NCBI GenBank assembly: GCA_038046245.1 | Contig: JBBSWO010000003.1 | Span: forward strand, 118,959-182,958 | DNA length: 64,000 nt | Reading direction: 5' to 3' | From: Nanobdellota archaeon | GTDB lineage: Archaea > Nanobdellota > Nanobdellia > Pacearchaeales > GW2011-AR1 | Shown here: piece after piece, positions 1 through 9,617 of the stretch | Numbering within the stretch: the first letter of the stretch is position 1 | Layout of the letters: each line of letters opens with the position of its first letter | Program-made: the position numbers and the translations under genes | The notes under the pieces: generated by a model | Told to the model about the DNA's origin: nothing | Database searches by the model: none | Seen by the model: the letters and a program-made list of their open reading frames with translations, nothing else

Positions 1-525
1 AATGTCCTGCCTTTTATTCCAGAGAGCAAGCCCTTGCACGTCAGTCATGACAAAATCAGAAACCATGCTGACTCTTACATTCCAAGGATCGTTTTGGGCC
101 ATGCTGAAGACGGTGTTATTAAGGACCACATTCACATTTATCTTTGCAGCTTTTTGATTGATAGAACTCGTGATGTTGTTATACGTTGCCCCTATCATGA
201 CTCCAGTGAATACATTGTCCACAGTCCCATTAAAAAAAGCTTCCTGGTTAAAATCATTAAAATTGTTTATGTATGCTACTTTGGTGGCCGTTTGTTGATT
301 TGCCAAAAATAAAATTCTGTATCCTGAGATGTATAATTGTCTCTGCATGTTCTTTTCAAGGGATTTTAAAAAATCATCCATCGAGTGGACTCTTTCCTTG
401 ACAGCTGCTCTTTCATGAAGAATGGAGAATATCTCAAAACTTGCAAACACTAGAGCAATAAGTAAGATTGCTGTGATTGTGAACATTTGTGCCTTACGCT
501 GACCAATAATTTTTTGTTTTAACAT
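1..525 (-). CDS. Pilin-like protein, partial (runs off the window start). The N-terminus MLKQKIIGQRKAQ|MFTITAILLIALVF resembles a class III (prepilin) signal peptide.
   Basis: Manual translation of the minus strand from the ATG at 523-525 is open to position 1. The ORF track misses it because it is partial. The KAQ + hydrophobic stretch matches three other pilin-like genes in the locus. The start lies 5 nt after the stop of the upstream adhesin gene. Confidence 0.5.
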   Translation of the reverse strand, partial: MLKQKIIGQRKAQMFTITAILLIALVFASFEIFSILHERAAVKERVHSMDDFLKSLEKNMQRQLYISGYRILFLANQQTATKVAYINNFNDFNQEAFFNGTVDNVFTGVMIGATYNNITSSINQKAAKINVNVVLNNTVFSMAQNDPWNVRVSMVSDFVMTDVQGLALWNKRQDI

Positions 526-529
526 TTTT

Positions 530-3500
530 TTAATACCATACTCTGGATTGTACTTCAGTCTCCCAAACAAAAGGAATTCCGGAAATTGTGTTTGAATCCA
601 CTGATAAATCCTGCTCAGTTATTTTTGCTTCTATTTTTCCATTCAAATTAAGGTCAAGTTGCACAAGCAAAAGATAAACTGCATAGTTGACAGCATCATT
701 CGGATTGAACACTGCATGATTGCCCGAAATTGATGAATTATAATAGCACCTGTTTGAGCCAGAATAATTGGATGGAACATTTATTACAGAAACAGTTGAG
801 TCTTCAAATTCCAACTGCCACAAGCATCCTTGTGCTGAAGAAAGAATCGGCGAGTACGATGAGACATTTTTAACAAGAGTGTAAATAACTTTATCATAGA
901 TTGAACCATCGCCGGTGCTAAAGGCTTGGGAGCCAATTCCTAGCCGTACTCTGACGGTGTTGTTCCCATAGACAAGATTGCTTGGAGGGATGTCAATGGC
1001 ATAAGGATCACCTAAACTAATAAAACTGGAATTATAATCTGAAAGATCGAACACTTTATCATATGCCCCACTTGTGCTGTTATAAATATCCACCATGCTT
1101 GTCCATTTTGACCCAGAATAAGAAACAACTCTTGCGCTGTATATTTGCGTATCATTAGGAATGTAAAGGGTTCCATTTGAGATATTGTTTCCAAATATTG
1201 GAGTTTCTGAAGTGATTAAAAGTCCTGAGGGGGTTGCATAATTATAATTGGCAATGATATAAGACCCCGGATAAAGTTCTGTTGAGATATTTCCAACGCC
1301 GATAACGGTCTGTTCGCTGTAAGCTGCCTGGATTATCTGCTGGGAAATATTTGTATAGATGCTTATTATATTGCTTACGTCTCCAACATAAGCATTACCC
1401 ATGCCACAACTTGCTAGGGCGTTTGTTGTATTTGTGTCTGCTTGGCTTCCAAACGCAACAGAATAAGTTCTTATGCTATAATTATTAAATGCATCACACG
1501 CTGCCTGGATTGCGTCATCACCGTCATCATTATTGACTCCGTTACCATTAAGATCAGACGTTACGTCTTGTAGTGGACAATTTCTATTCGCCACTCCATC
1601 AGTCATCACAATCATTGTCCTGAATCTATTATCGCTTTCCTGCATACATGCATCAAAGCCACTGCATTGATTATTACAAAACTGTATTCCCATTTTTCCA
1701 GAAATGCTGCATCCCCTACTCAAATTCACCTCGCAAACCTCTCCAACTTCAGTAACGTTGTTTCCGCAAACAGCCGGATTAACAACCAATCCTTGTATTG
1801 ATGTTTGATTCAAAGCATAATTGTACATTCTTATCTCATCCATGCCCCCATTAAGATATTTGTCTCTAGGATTGTTCATATCCTCATTCGGAACCCTTGA
1901 CCTTCCAAAATAATTATCCCCACTAGTATAACCTATTCCTGCACTCGTTGCTGTACTTCCATTTAATATCCCATTAACATAAATCTTCAATCCAGTCCCG
2001 TCCCAAGTTAATGCAATATGGTACCAAGTGTTGTTCTGCCAAGAAGTTGTAGTTGTACTGACATAAACTGTATTGTGGGTTCCACTTTGCCAAGGCCCCT
2101 CTATTTTTGCTTGGATGGACCCTCTAGCTCCAGGCGTAGGAGGATTTAACATGTCTGTTCCTTTTAAGGCAATAAATGCATTATTACTGCTATCAACATA
2201 CTTTGACCACAAGCCTTGGGTTGTCACAACAGTGTTATTGAATGGCCTGTTTAATTTAAACCAAAATGAAACTGTCCCACCTTCTGTAACTTCTGGCACA
2301 GCAAATGCATTCAGGTATTGATTAACCCCGTTAAAGCTTAATGCGCTTCCATTAATTCCTGAAACATATGTTGGGCTATTGATAAGATTTGCAGTATGTG
2401 TATATCCTGACTTATCCAAACTGTCTCCATTCAAAGTATAGTAAGCTATCAACCTGTTTCCTAAAAATTCTGCAACGGCTTTATTGATTCCACAGCATAT
2501 GCATGTATGTCCTGCAGCGTTCCAAGTGTTATTTACTAAACTTTGTAATGAGTTTGTATTATTTGAGACATTGTGAAAGTCAGTTATTCTTGCAGCGTCT
2601 TCAAATCCAACTAGCCCAATCTTATTTCCGCTGGCGTTTAATATTCCATTTATTAGAGCTATGTTTCCCTCTTTTGCTCTACAAATAGCGCAAATAGAAC
2701 ATGTTCCAGTGCACGTAGCCTGATTACAACCAGAACATCCACTTGTCATACTCCCACTCAGGTCACTTACAGATATTGCATCAACATTCGTCGTTTGATT
2801 ATTTGTATAAGAAACATTATCCAATCCTATTCTGAATGGGATTGTTTTTTTGCTTAAGTTAGTATAGTCTAACAATGTAGACAAAACCGAGTTGTCTATA
2901 AAGACAGTTGTCGGGCTGCCGCTGCTATTGCCCCTGTAAATTTCTTTATTTCCAATTGTCATAAAAACATCGTAGCTGCTGTTATATTTCAGATAAACAT
3001 TCAGAGCTGAAAGTGTTCCTGGAATGTAAAAACTGCTGTAAATGTTTATTAGTCCTTTAACTCCAGGAATATAATTAATGCTTCCAGGCAAGGAAAAAGA
3101 TTTGTCATAAACTGTTTTTATATATCCTCCAGCGATATACAAATTAGAGCCATTGCTGGATCTAAATGTTATATTATTGTAAAATATCGTAGGGTCATTA
3201 AGATAACTGATAAAAGGAGTTAAGTCTATCTTGAAAGGCACGTTTGACGTTGGAGTGTAATATGAGATGAAATTGTTGTTTATGGACACGCTAAAGTTTC
3301 CTGAAAAAACCCCTTCCACATTAGCCCCTATAATTGCCTGAGACGAATCTCGATATATTGTTGAAGTCAAATTTCCGTCTCCGATATACCCCCCAAAATA
3401 AAAATAATCAACAAAATTTCTTGAGGAGAGGTAAGCTTTTGATGAATACCCTGTAGCTGCTCCGCTTGCATTGTTTATACCGCTGATCACCTGCCTCGAC

Positions 3501-3952
3501 GTAAAGATTCTTGTAGCGTTTGAATATGGGATTGAGCCTCTGCTCGCAATTAGCTGGTTATCTAGGTATAATGCGACATTTTCCCGAATAGAAAGATTGT
3601 CTAGGATATTTTGGGCTAGCAAGTCTGCAAGCGGGTTTGACTCGGCATAAAACTCCCCTATCTGATCCAAGACAGATTGATTGAGATTGGTTATATTCCC
3701 GCTGGCTATTAATTGTTTTACATATGCATTGTTTATGCTCCCTACCCTTAAATCAGACAATGTGTTGATTAAATCAGCGTCTATACTCGACTCAAAATGA
3801 GTGTTTTTTTGTACCGGCTTTATGAAAAGCACAACTCCCAAAATTAGGAGCAAAGCTATAAATGCATCGACACTGAAAAAGTAGCCTTTACGATTTTTTA
3901 TTAAAAATCTCCTTTCTCCAATCACTCTTTTTTCTTTCATTATCAATCCCAT
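530..3952 (-). CDS. Giant surface adhesin-like protein (1140 aa). It has an N-terminal TM or class-III-like segment, a vWA-type MIDAS motif (DLSGSM ... MTDG), an inserted LamG/concanavalin-A-like lectin domain, Cys-rich segments and a long beta-rich, N-x-S/T-dense C-terminal region.
   Basis: DLSGSM and TDGVAN motifs typical of vWA. The WYHIALTWDGTGLKIYVNG...DEIRMYNYAL stretch is typical of LamG/pentraxin-like domains. Hydrophobic N-terminus RKGYFFSVDAFIALLLILGVVLF. Confidence 0.75.
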   Translation of the reverse strand: MGLIMKEKRVIGERRFLIKNRKGYFFSVDAFIALLLILGVVLFIKPVQKNTHFESSIDADLINTLSDLRVGSINNAYVKQLIASGNITNLNQSVLDQIGEFYAESNPLADLLAQNILDNLSIRENVALYLDNQLIASRGSIPYSNATRIFTSRQVISGINNASGAATGYSSKAYLSSRNFVDYFYFGGYIGDGNLTSTIYRDSSQAIIGANVEGVFSGNFSVSINNNFISYYTPTSNVPFKIDLTPFISYLNDPTIFYNNITFRSSNGSNLYIAGGYIKTVYDKSFSLPGSINYIPGVKGLINIYSSFYIPGTLSALNVYLKYNSSYDVFMTIGNKEIYRGNSSGSPTTVFIDNSVLSTLLDYTNLSKKTIPFRIGLDNVSYTNNQTTNVDAISVSDLSGSMTSGCSGCNQATCTGTCSICAICRAKEGNIALINGILNASGNKIGLVGFEDAARITDFHNVSNNTNSLQSLVNNTWNAAGHTCICCGINKAVAEFLGNRLIAYYTLNGDSLDKSGYTHTANLINSPTYVSGINGSALSFNGVNQYLNAFAVPEVTEGGTVSFWFKLNRPFNNTVVTTQGLWSKYVDSSNNAFIALKGTDMLNPPTPGARGSIQAKIEGPWQSGTHNTVYVSTTTTSWQNNTWYHIALTWDGTGLKIYVNGILNGSTATSAGIGYTSGDNYFGRSRVPNEDMNNPRDKYLNGGMDEIRMYNYALNQTSIQGLVVNPAVCGNNVTEVGEVCEVNLSRGCSISGKMGIQFCNNQCSGFDACMQESDNRFRTMIVMTDGVANRNCPLQDVTSDLNGNGVNNDDGDDAIQAACDAFNNYSIRTYSVAFGSQADTNTTNALASCGMGNAYVGDVSNIISIYTNISQQIIQAAYSEQTVIGVGNISTELYPGSYIIANYNYATPSGLLITSETPIFGNNISNGTLYIPNDTQIYSARVVSYSGSKWTSMVDIYNSTSGAYDKVFDLSDYNSSFISLGDPYAIDIPPSNLVYGNNTVRVRLGIGSQAFSTGDGSIYDKVIYTLVKNVSSYSPILSSAQGCLWQLEFEDSTVSVINVPSNYSGSNRCYYNSSISGNHAVFNPNDAVNYAVYLLLVQLDLNLNGKIEAKITEQDLSVDSNTISGIPFVWETEVQSRVWY

Positions 3953-4410
3953 GCATACAAATCAAATTTAATTGGCTGATTTTTATAAATTGTAATTCTG
4001 GTTATTTTGATGGAGTTGCTTGTTGTAGCACTTTTTTTCCCGATATAAGGAACAGCAGTACCGTTGACTTCGGTCATATTATCTAACTCGAAATAGAAAT
4101 CTTTTGTTATACCCAAAACGCTTTTTTTAAGATCATAATTGTAATAATAGTCATCAAGCTTTGATTGGTTTATTTGGCTAGCATTGTCTAATATCCCAAA
4201 ATTTTCCTCGCTTAAGATTAATTGTGAAGCCAAATTTCCCTCGTAAAACAGATAATCTAGATTCTCTTGAGACTGGTTAGTGTAGTTTATTGCATAAATA
4301 TAAAGTATTATGATTCCCGTAGTGATTATCACACCAGCTATGATTATGTCCAGGCTCCACACTTGTCCAAATTTATTTTTTTTGTTAGGAATTAAGATAA
4401 ACTGTTCCAT
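3943..4410 (-). CDS. Pilin-like protein with class III signal peptide (KFGQ|VWSLDIIIAGVII)
   Basis: N-terminal [K]-x-G-Q followed by about 20 hydrophobic residues. Sits in an operon with other pilin-like genes. Confidence 0.6.
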   Translation of the reverse strand: MEQFILIPNKKNKFGQVWSLDIIIAGVIITTGIIILYIYAINYTNQSQENLDYLFYEGNLASQLILSEENFGILDNASQINQSKLDDYYYNYDLKKSVLGITKDFYFELDNMTEVNGTAVPYIGKKSATTSNSIKITRITIYKNQPIKFDLYAWD

Positions 4411-4774
4411 TTTCTTTTTTTATCAGATTATTTCCTTTTTGTATTTGCCCAACAACTTGAACAACGTTATAATCAACAACATAATCTCCCATGGTGAGAA
4501 ATACATATCCTTGAGAAACATTTATTGTATAATCCAATCCAATTATATTGTCCGGTGTAGTAAAATTTCTTTCATAGCCGTCAGAGGATTCTGCCGCAAG
4601 GTTTATCTCATCCTGAATGTCCAATGCGACATTCTGCGCAATGAGCCTTTCTTTTTCTTTATTTTTCTGAGACTGACTTTCCTGTATTGTGGCGATTATG
4701 ACGACAAAAAATAAAAGCGCCGCTCCAAATAAGACTATAAATTCTATGACTCCCTGCGCTTTTTTTACTAGCAT
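4385..4774 (-). CDS. Pilin-like protein with class III signal peptide (KKAQ|GVIEFIVLFGAALLFFVVII)
   Basis: Prepilin-like N-terminus, small size (129 aa), context. Confidence 0.65.
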   Translation of the reverse strand: MLVKKAQGVIEFIVLFGAALLFFVVIIATIQESQSQKNKEKERLIAQNVALDIQDEINLAAESSDGYERNFTTPDNIIGLDYTINVSQGYVFLTMGDYVVDYNVVQVVGQIQKGNNLIKKENGTVYLNS

Positions 4775-5033
4775 GTTCCTCTTTTTTATATTGATTGAAA
4801 ACGTGATAAACCTTTTTTAGTTGTGTAAAAAATAAATTTTCGACAATATTTTTGTTCTATTCTAATAGAAAAACAGATATATAAAATTATCTTTATAATT
4901 TACGTAGAAGTAGATCATCCTAAGATGATCCATCGGTTGCTTAAGCCCCCGAACGAAGCCGGAGCCTCGCCTTCTACGAAAATAGTAAACACAATCCATA
5001 TTTAAAATTTTGTGTAGTGATAAAATCATTATC

Positions 5034-5043
5034 TTTATATATA
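5034..5043 (+). promoter_or_regulatory. TATA-box-like element (tttatatata) about 25 nt upstream of the ATG at 5063. Suggests a leaderless transcript.
   Basis: AT-rich TATA-like hexamer at the canonical archaeal spacing from the start codon. Confidence 0.35.
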
Positions 5044-5062
5044 TCCCTTAGTTAAATTCTGC

Positions 5063-5698
5063 ATGGAGAGCAAAAGAGGAAATTTAAAATCATTTCTTAT
5101 TATTTCCATTGCTGTTTTGATAGTTGGAATAGCAATTTCTCTAATATACATTTTAAAGGATCCACAAAACCCCATAACAAAAGCGGTGAACAAACTTGTG
5201 GTGTTAGCTACAGGTAATTCTGGAGACGGAGACACAACTGTAATCAATGGAGAGGAGATTCCAGAAAGCAGTGTATCAGGTTCAGGTGGTGCTGGAGGCG
5301 GGAGTGGAGGAAGTGGAGGCTCATCATCCTCGAGCAAAAGCTGTGACACAAGACCTGCTTATCATTCAATAATAAACATAAAGCGTGAATACAATTGTAA
5401 CGCTTATGATGGCACGATATGCATAGACAAAACAATAACCTGCTCTGCAGAAATACGTAACGATGATATGTCATTATCTGGGAAATTTGTCATAGAATTA
5501 TCTTTTGTCGAGGATGGAAAAAGTATAGGTGATTCAATAAAGAGAACTGATTTTACTTTTGACTTGGCCCCACAGAGCTATGCTTCCATGCAGGATTACA
5601 CCAGAGTCCAAAGCACAGGAATTGATGGTGTCGCGAACAAAGATATAAATTGTTTTTATAATGTCCTGACTGCTCCCTCAGAACAGATTTGTAATTAA
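5063..5698 (+). CDS. Membrane-anchored secreted protein with a Gly/Ser-rich linker and a Cys-containing C-terminal domain
   Basis: N-terminal TM (FLIISIAVLIVGIAISLIYIL), a GSGGAGGGSGGSGGSSSS linker, then a 6-Cys domain. Confidence 0.55.
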   Translation: MESKRGNLKSFLIISIAVLIVGIAISLIYILKDPQNPITKAVNKLVVLATGNSGDGDTTVINGEEIPESSVSGSGGAGGGSGGSGGSSSSSKSCDTRPAYHSIINIKREYNCNAYDGTICIDKTITCSAEIRNDDMSLSGKFVIELSFVEDGKSIGDSIKRTDFTFDLAPQSYASMQDYTRVQSTGIDGVANKDINCFYNVLTAPSEQICN

Positions 5699-5700
5699 GC

Positions 5701-6147
5701 TTAATTTACCTGAACGTACGTCGCTGTCGCCTGGAGCACAACTTCTTTGGTTCCCTCTGAACTGCTTATGAATCCATTTAGAGGAACCTTGCTTTCAAAA
5801 CTTCTTATGTTAAGCGTTCCGCCACCAGATAGGCTGGATATTGTAACTTCATACTGTGTTATGTTAACATTTATTATATTGTCTGGAAGATAAAGTTGGA
5901 TTGTTGTTTTACTTGGCTCTCCGGAAAAAAAAACGGTCTCTGCAGAATCAATAAGTTGAACCGCAAAAGTTTCGATATTGTTTGCCCTAATCCTGTCTTT
6001 TATTTGACTGGAATAAAACAAGGACAACGCTAAAATTGCAGTTATTGCTATTGTAACAAATCCCACAATAATCATGTACTCTGTCCCAACCTGGCCTCTT
6101 TTTTCTTTCATATATTCGTAAGATTTATATAACTCTTCTCCTTTCAA
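5701..6147 (-). CDS. Pilin-like protein with class III signal peptide (KRGQ|VGTEYMIIVGFVTIAITAILAL)
   Basis: Prepilin-like N-terminus followed by a beta-rich domain. Confidence 0.65.
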   Translation of the reverse strand: MKGEELYKSYEYMKEKRGQVGTEYMIIVGFVTIAITAILALSLFYSSQIKDRIRANNIETFAVQLIDSAETVFFSGEPSKTTIQLYLPDNIINVNITQYEVTISSLSGGGTLNIRSFESKVPLNGFISSSEGTKEVVLQATATYVQVN

Positions 6148-6176
6148 AATGAAATAACTATATAAACATTTTTGAT

Positions 6177-6749
6177 ATGGAAAAAAAGAAGGTGGCTCCT
6201 ATAATAATGGGAGCTTTCATAACGCTGTTTTTTGGGATAAATATTTTTCTTTACTTTAATAGGAAATCTGGCAGAGCCCCAATTTCTGGGGCAGCAATCG
6301 GCGGAGATCTTCCATTAGGAATCAACATGACGCTACTTGCTTTCATTCTCCAATGGGTCATCCTGTTAGTCGTGGTCATTTTCGCTTACACAAAATTTCT
6401 GAAACATAGAAAAGATGAAGAGGAAAAAATAAAAAATTTTGTTATTCCCCCTCCAAAGTCAAACGCTGAGACAAACTTCGACGTTTTCTATAAATTGCTT
6501 AAAGATAAAAAAAGTCTGAACACTTCAACAATTGCAAAAGCTTTTTCAATTTCCAAAGAACAGGCCCTAGAGTGGGGAAAAATATTAGAAGAGCACAATC
6601 TTGTAAGCATAGAATATCCTGCATTTTCAGATCCTGAAATCATTGTTGAAGAAGAAAAAATTTCAGAAGAGCTAGCTCAGGAAGAAAGTGCTGAAGCCGA
6701 AAACAAAAGCGAAGATGCAAAAACAAAAAAAGAGGTTAAAAAGAAATGA
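6177..6749 (+). CDS. Membrane protein with a C-terminal winged-helix-like domain and an acidic tail. First gene of the ATPase operon.
   Basis: Two TM segments. A helix-turn-helix-like segment (STIAKAFSISKEQALEWGKILEEHNLVSIEY). Its stop overlaps the start of the ATPase gene. Confidence 0.55.
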   Translation: MEKKKVAPIIMGAFITLFFGINIFLYFNRKSGRAPISGAAIGGDLPLGINMTLLAFILQWVILLVVVIFAYTKFLKHRKDEEEKIKNFVIPPPKSNAETNFDVFYKLLKDKKSLNTSTIAKAFSISKEQALEWGKILEEHNLVSIEYPAFSDPEIIVEEEKISEELAQEESAEAENKSEDAKTKKEVKKK

Positions 6750-8704
6750 TGATCAAAACTCACAAAAGTGAAGAAATTGTCGAATGGATAAAGGAAGCCA
6801 TACGTCGAGGTTATTCTCCCCAAGAAATAAGAAGGGTTTTGATGAAGAGCAAATATCCGTACGCTAAGATCCCAAAAATAATTTCCATTTATGAAAAAAT
6901 TAAGAAAGGAATCATACCAAAAATAAAAATAATCCATCCAGGGAAACCTCTCCCAAGGCTTACTCCGATTTATACCCAAAAGAAGCCCGAAGAGAGAATA
7001 CAACCGCTACCTGTTGTGAAAAATGTTATGTATGATTTAAAATCTTCAGTCAGCGCCACTCCCGCAGCAAGTATAACCCCTCAAAAAACTCTGCAGCCAT
7101 TAATCCAAACTTCAGCTCCAAAACCTCAAGAAATTGTCGCAGTAATCCAGAAAACAGAAGCAAAGGGACCAGTCAGTGATGTTAAGATAACGGTGCAAAA
7201 AACAACAGGGAAAGAACTGGAAGTTTATGAGATTGAAATCGATCGTGCTAAAGTCAGTATAAGGATAGAAAAAAATGATTTCGGACTGATGTACAACTTA
7301 TACATCCCTCAAATCGACGTTGCTACTCATGCTTTGCTTGAAGAACTAAGAAAAGACTTGGTCGCAGTCACAACTATCGCTGTTGGAGAGATAATAGACC
7401 AAAAATCAGTCCAGAAAATTAAGTTAAGATTTATGAGAGATGCAAGCAGATTGTTAAATTCTAAACTTCCAGGAATTCCAAAAGCAACAGAAGACTTTCT
7501 TATAGGCATATTGATGCAGGAGATGCTAGGCCTAGGAAAAATAGAATTTTTGATGAACGACCCAAATCTTGAAGAAATTGTAATCCTGAATAGTAAAGAA
7601 ATAAGAGTATATCATAAAAAACATGGTTGGCTCTTGACAAATATAGCTCTAAACTCTGAAGAGGATGTAATAAACTACGCAAATATTATCTCGAGAAGAG
7701 TTGGGAGACAGATCAGCGTATTAAACCCTCTTTTAGACGCTCACGTCGTTACTGGAGACAGAGCAAACGCAGTTCTTTATCCTATTGCAACAAGAGGTAA
7801 CACCATAACAATAAGAAAGTTCTCAAGAGATCCATGGACAATCATAGACTTGATAAACAACAATACAATAAGCAAAGAGATTGCTGCGCTTTTATGGCTC
7901 GGGATAGAATATGAAATGAATATATTATTCTCTGGAGGTACAGCTTCTGGAAAAACTGTTTGTTTAAATGCATGCATGCCTTTCATCCCACCAAATCACA
8001 GAGTCATAAGCATAGAAGATACGAGAGAATTGATGCTTCCAAGATTCCTTTACTGGTGCCCTTTAGTTACGAGAACTCCAAACGTTGAGAACAAAGGAGA
8101 AGTTTCAATGCTTGACCTTTTGGTTAATTCTTTGAGAATGAGGCCAGACAGAATTGTCCTTGGTGAAATAAGAAGACAGAAAGAAGCAGAAGTTCTTTTT
8201 GAGGCAATGCATACTGGTCACTCTGTTTATTCAACAGTTCACGCAGATACATCAAATGATACGATAAGAAGATTGATTAATCCTCCAATAAGCATCCCTC
8301 CTTTACTGCTAACAAGTGTTCATCTTAATGTTGTAATGTTCAGAGATAGAAGAAGAGGAATAAGAAGGGTCTCTCAGCTCGGAGAATTCATTATAGGAAA
8401 AGAAAATGTCACATCAAATCTGCTTTATAGGTGGGTGCCAGACAAAGACGTCTTTGTAGCCCACAACAAAAGTATGGCATTCTTCGATCAATTGAGCAGA
8501 AACACTGGGATGGATGAAAAAGAAATTGAACAGAACTTGAAATACAAAAGAGGAATATTTGACTGGCTCATAAAGAACAAGATAAGAGATTTGGAGTCAT
8601 TCGGAAAGTTAATGAATTATTACTATTCCGACAGGGAAAAGCTGGACAACATAATAAAATATAACAAAGTTGAGGAGATATTAGACAAGAAGGCAGTGGT
8701 TTAA
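6746..8704 (+). CDS. Type II/IV secretion-family ATPase (FlaI/ArlI / PilB / VirB11-like) with a roughly 200-aa N-terminal extension
   Basis: Walker A GGTASGKT. ISIEDTRELMLP Asp-box. Walker B RIVLGEIRRQKEAE. His-box HTGHSVYSTVHA. Confidence 0.85.
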   Translation: MMIKTHKSEEIVEWIKEAIRRGYSPQEIRRVLMKSKYPYAKIPKIISIYEKIKKGIIPKIKIIHPGKPLPRLTPIYTQKKPEERIQPLPVVKNVMYDLKSSVSATPAASITPQKTLQPLIQTSAPKPQEIVAVIQKTEAKGPVSDVKITVQKTTGKELEVYEIEIDRAKVSIRIEKNDFGLMYNLYIPQIDVATHALLEELRKDLVAVTTIAVGEIIDQKSVQKIKLRFMRDASRLLNSKLPGIPKATEDFLIGILMQEMLGLGKIEFLMNDPNLEEIVILNSKEIRVYHKKHGWLLTNIALNSEEDVINYANIISRRVGRQISVLNPLLDAHVVTGDRANAVLYPIATRGNTITIRKFSRDPWTIIDLINNNTISKEIAALLWLGIEYEMNILFSGGTASGKTVCLNACMPFIPPNHRVISIEDTRELMLPRFLYWCPLVTRTPNVENKGEVSMLDLLVNSLRMRPDRIVLGEIRRQKEAEVLFEAMHTGHSVYSTVHADTSNDTIRRLINPPISIPPLLLTSVHLNVVMFRDRRRGIRRVSQLGEFIIGKENVTSNLLYRWVPDKDVFVAHNKSMAFFDQLSRNTGMDEKEIEQNLKYKRGIFDWLIKNKIRDLESFGKLMNYYYSDREKLDNIIKYNKVEEILDKKAVV

Positions 8705-8705
8705 A

Positions 8706-9617
8706 ATGAAGTTTAAAATTCCATTCACTGTTTCTGATATAGAAATTCTGAAGAGAAGAAGTAAAAGATTCTTGAAATACACTCGGCCGAAGAGATCAAA
8801 ACTTGACGATTATCTTGCAGGTTCGGGAATTGACGTCGACAGGAGACAGTATCTCGCAATATGCTACCGAGCTTTCCTTCTGGATTTATTAACTTTTTCC
8901 GTCGTAATAACCTCCATTCTTGGAGTCATGCCTTATCTTTCTCCAGCCGGCGCCGCTTTGATTGCTGACAGCTCTTTTTTTGTCTATGGTCTTTTGACGG
9001 CGATCCTTATCTCGGGGCTTATATTCATGAATCAAATAAATTATCCAAAAATCTTTGCATTAAATAAAGAAAGAGACATTGAAAGAAATCTTATCCCAGT
9101 CATGCAGGACATGATGGTTCAGTTGAATTCTGGAGTCTTGATGTTCAACATAATAATGAATATTGCAGAATCTGGATATGGTGAGGCAAGTGAAGAGTTC
9201 AAAAAAATTGCAAGGGAAATTAATTCAGGTATTCCTCAGATAGAGGCCATAGAAAAATATGCAAAGCTTAACACGTCAAAATATTTCAGAAGAGTTCTGT
9301 GGCAGATCAGCAATGGAATGAGATCTGGAACAGATTTGACTTCAGTAATCCAGGAAGGTATTGACAATCTCATAGAAGAGCAGACAATCCAGATTCAAAG
9401 CTACGGCGGAAAATTAAATCCTTTGATAATGTTTTACATGTTGATAGCGGTAATAATGCCTGCACTTGGGATAACCTTCGTAATAATAATCTCATCGATA
9501 TTAAACTTCTCAAAGACGATAACTTATGTGATATTCTTTTTCATTTTTGGATTTGTAATGTTTATCCAGATAATGTTCCACGGACTGATTAAATCAAGGA
9601 GGCCAAGCCTACTATGA
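8706..9617 (+). CDS. Polytopic membrane protein, FlaJ/TadB-like platform protein (first half of a split FlaJ)
   Basis: Multi-TM. Lies immediately downstream of the FlaI-like ATPase, with a 4-nt overlap with the next gene. Confidence 0.6.
   Translation: MKFKIPFTVSDIEILKRRSKRFLKYTRPKRSKLDDYLAGSGIDVDRRQYLAICYRAFLLDLLTFSVVITSILGVMPYLSPAGAALIADSSFFVYGLLTAILISGLIFMNQINYPKIFALNKERDIERNLIPVMQDMMVQLNSGVLMFNIIMNIAESGYGEASEEFKKIAREINSGIPQIEAIEKYAKLNTSKYFRRVLWQISNGMRSGTDLTSVIQEGIDNLIEEQTIQIQSYGGKLNPLIMFYMLIAVIMPALGITFVIIISSILNFSKTITYVIFFFIFGFVMFIQIMFHGLIKSRRPSLL

Noticed and set aside
34-312. 92-aa + strand ORF at the window start
   Set aside because: It lies antisense to a continuous open frame on the minus strand (the partial pilin-like gene 1-525) and has no motif. 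Judged spurious.
1012-2688. Short ORFs (1012-1194, 2073-2321, 2503-2688) inside or antisense to the adhesin gene
   Set aside because: They are embedded in a 3.4-kb well-supported CDS. They are typical antisense-frame artefacts of AT-rich DNA.
5281-5335. Apparent tandem repeat ggtggtgctggaggcgggagtggaggaagtggaggc
   Set aside because: It is in-frame coding for a Gly/Ser linker of the 5063-5698 protein, not a non-coding repeat or CRISPR.
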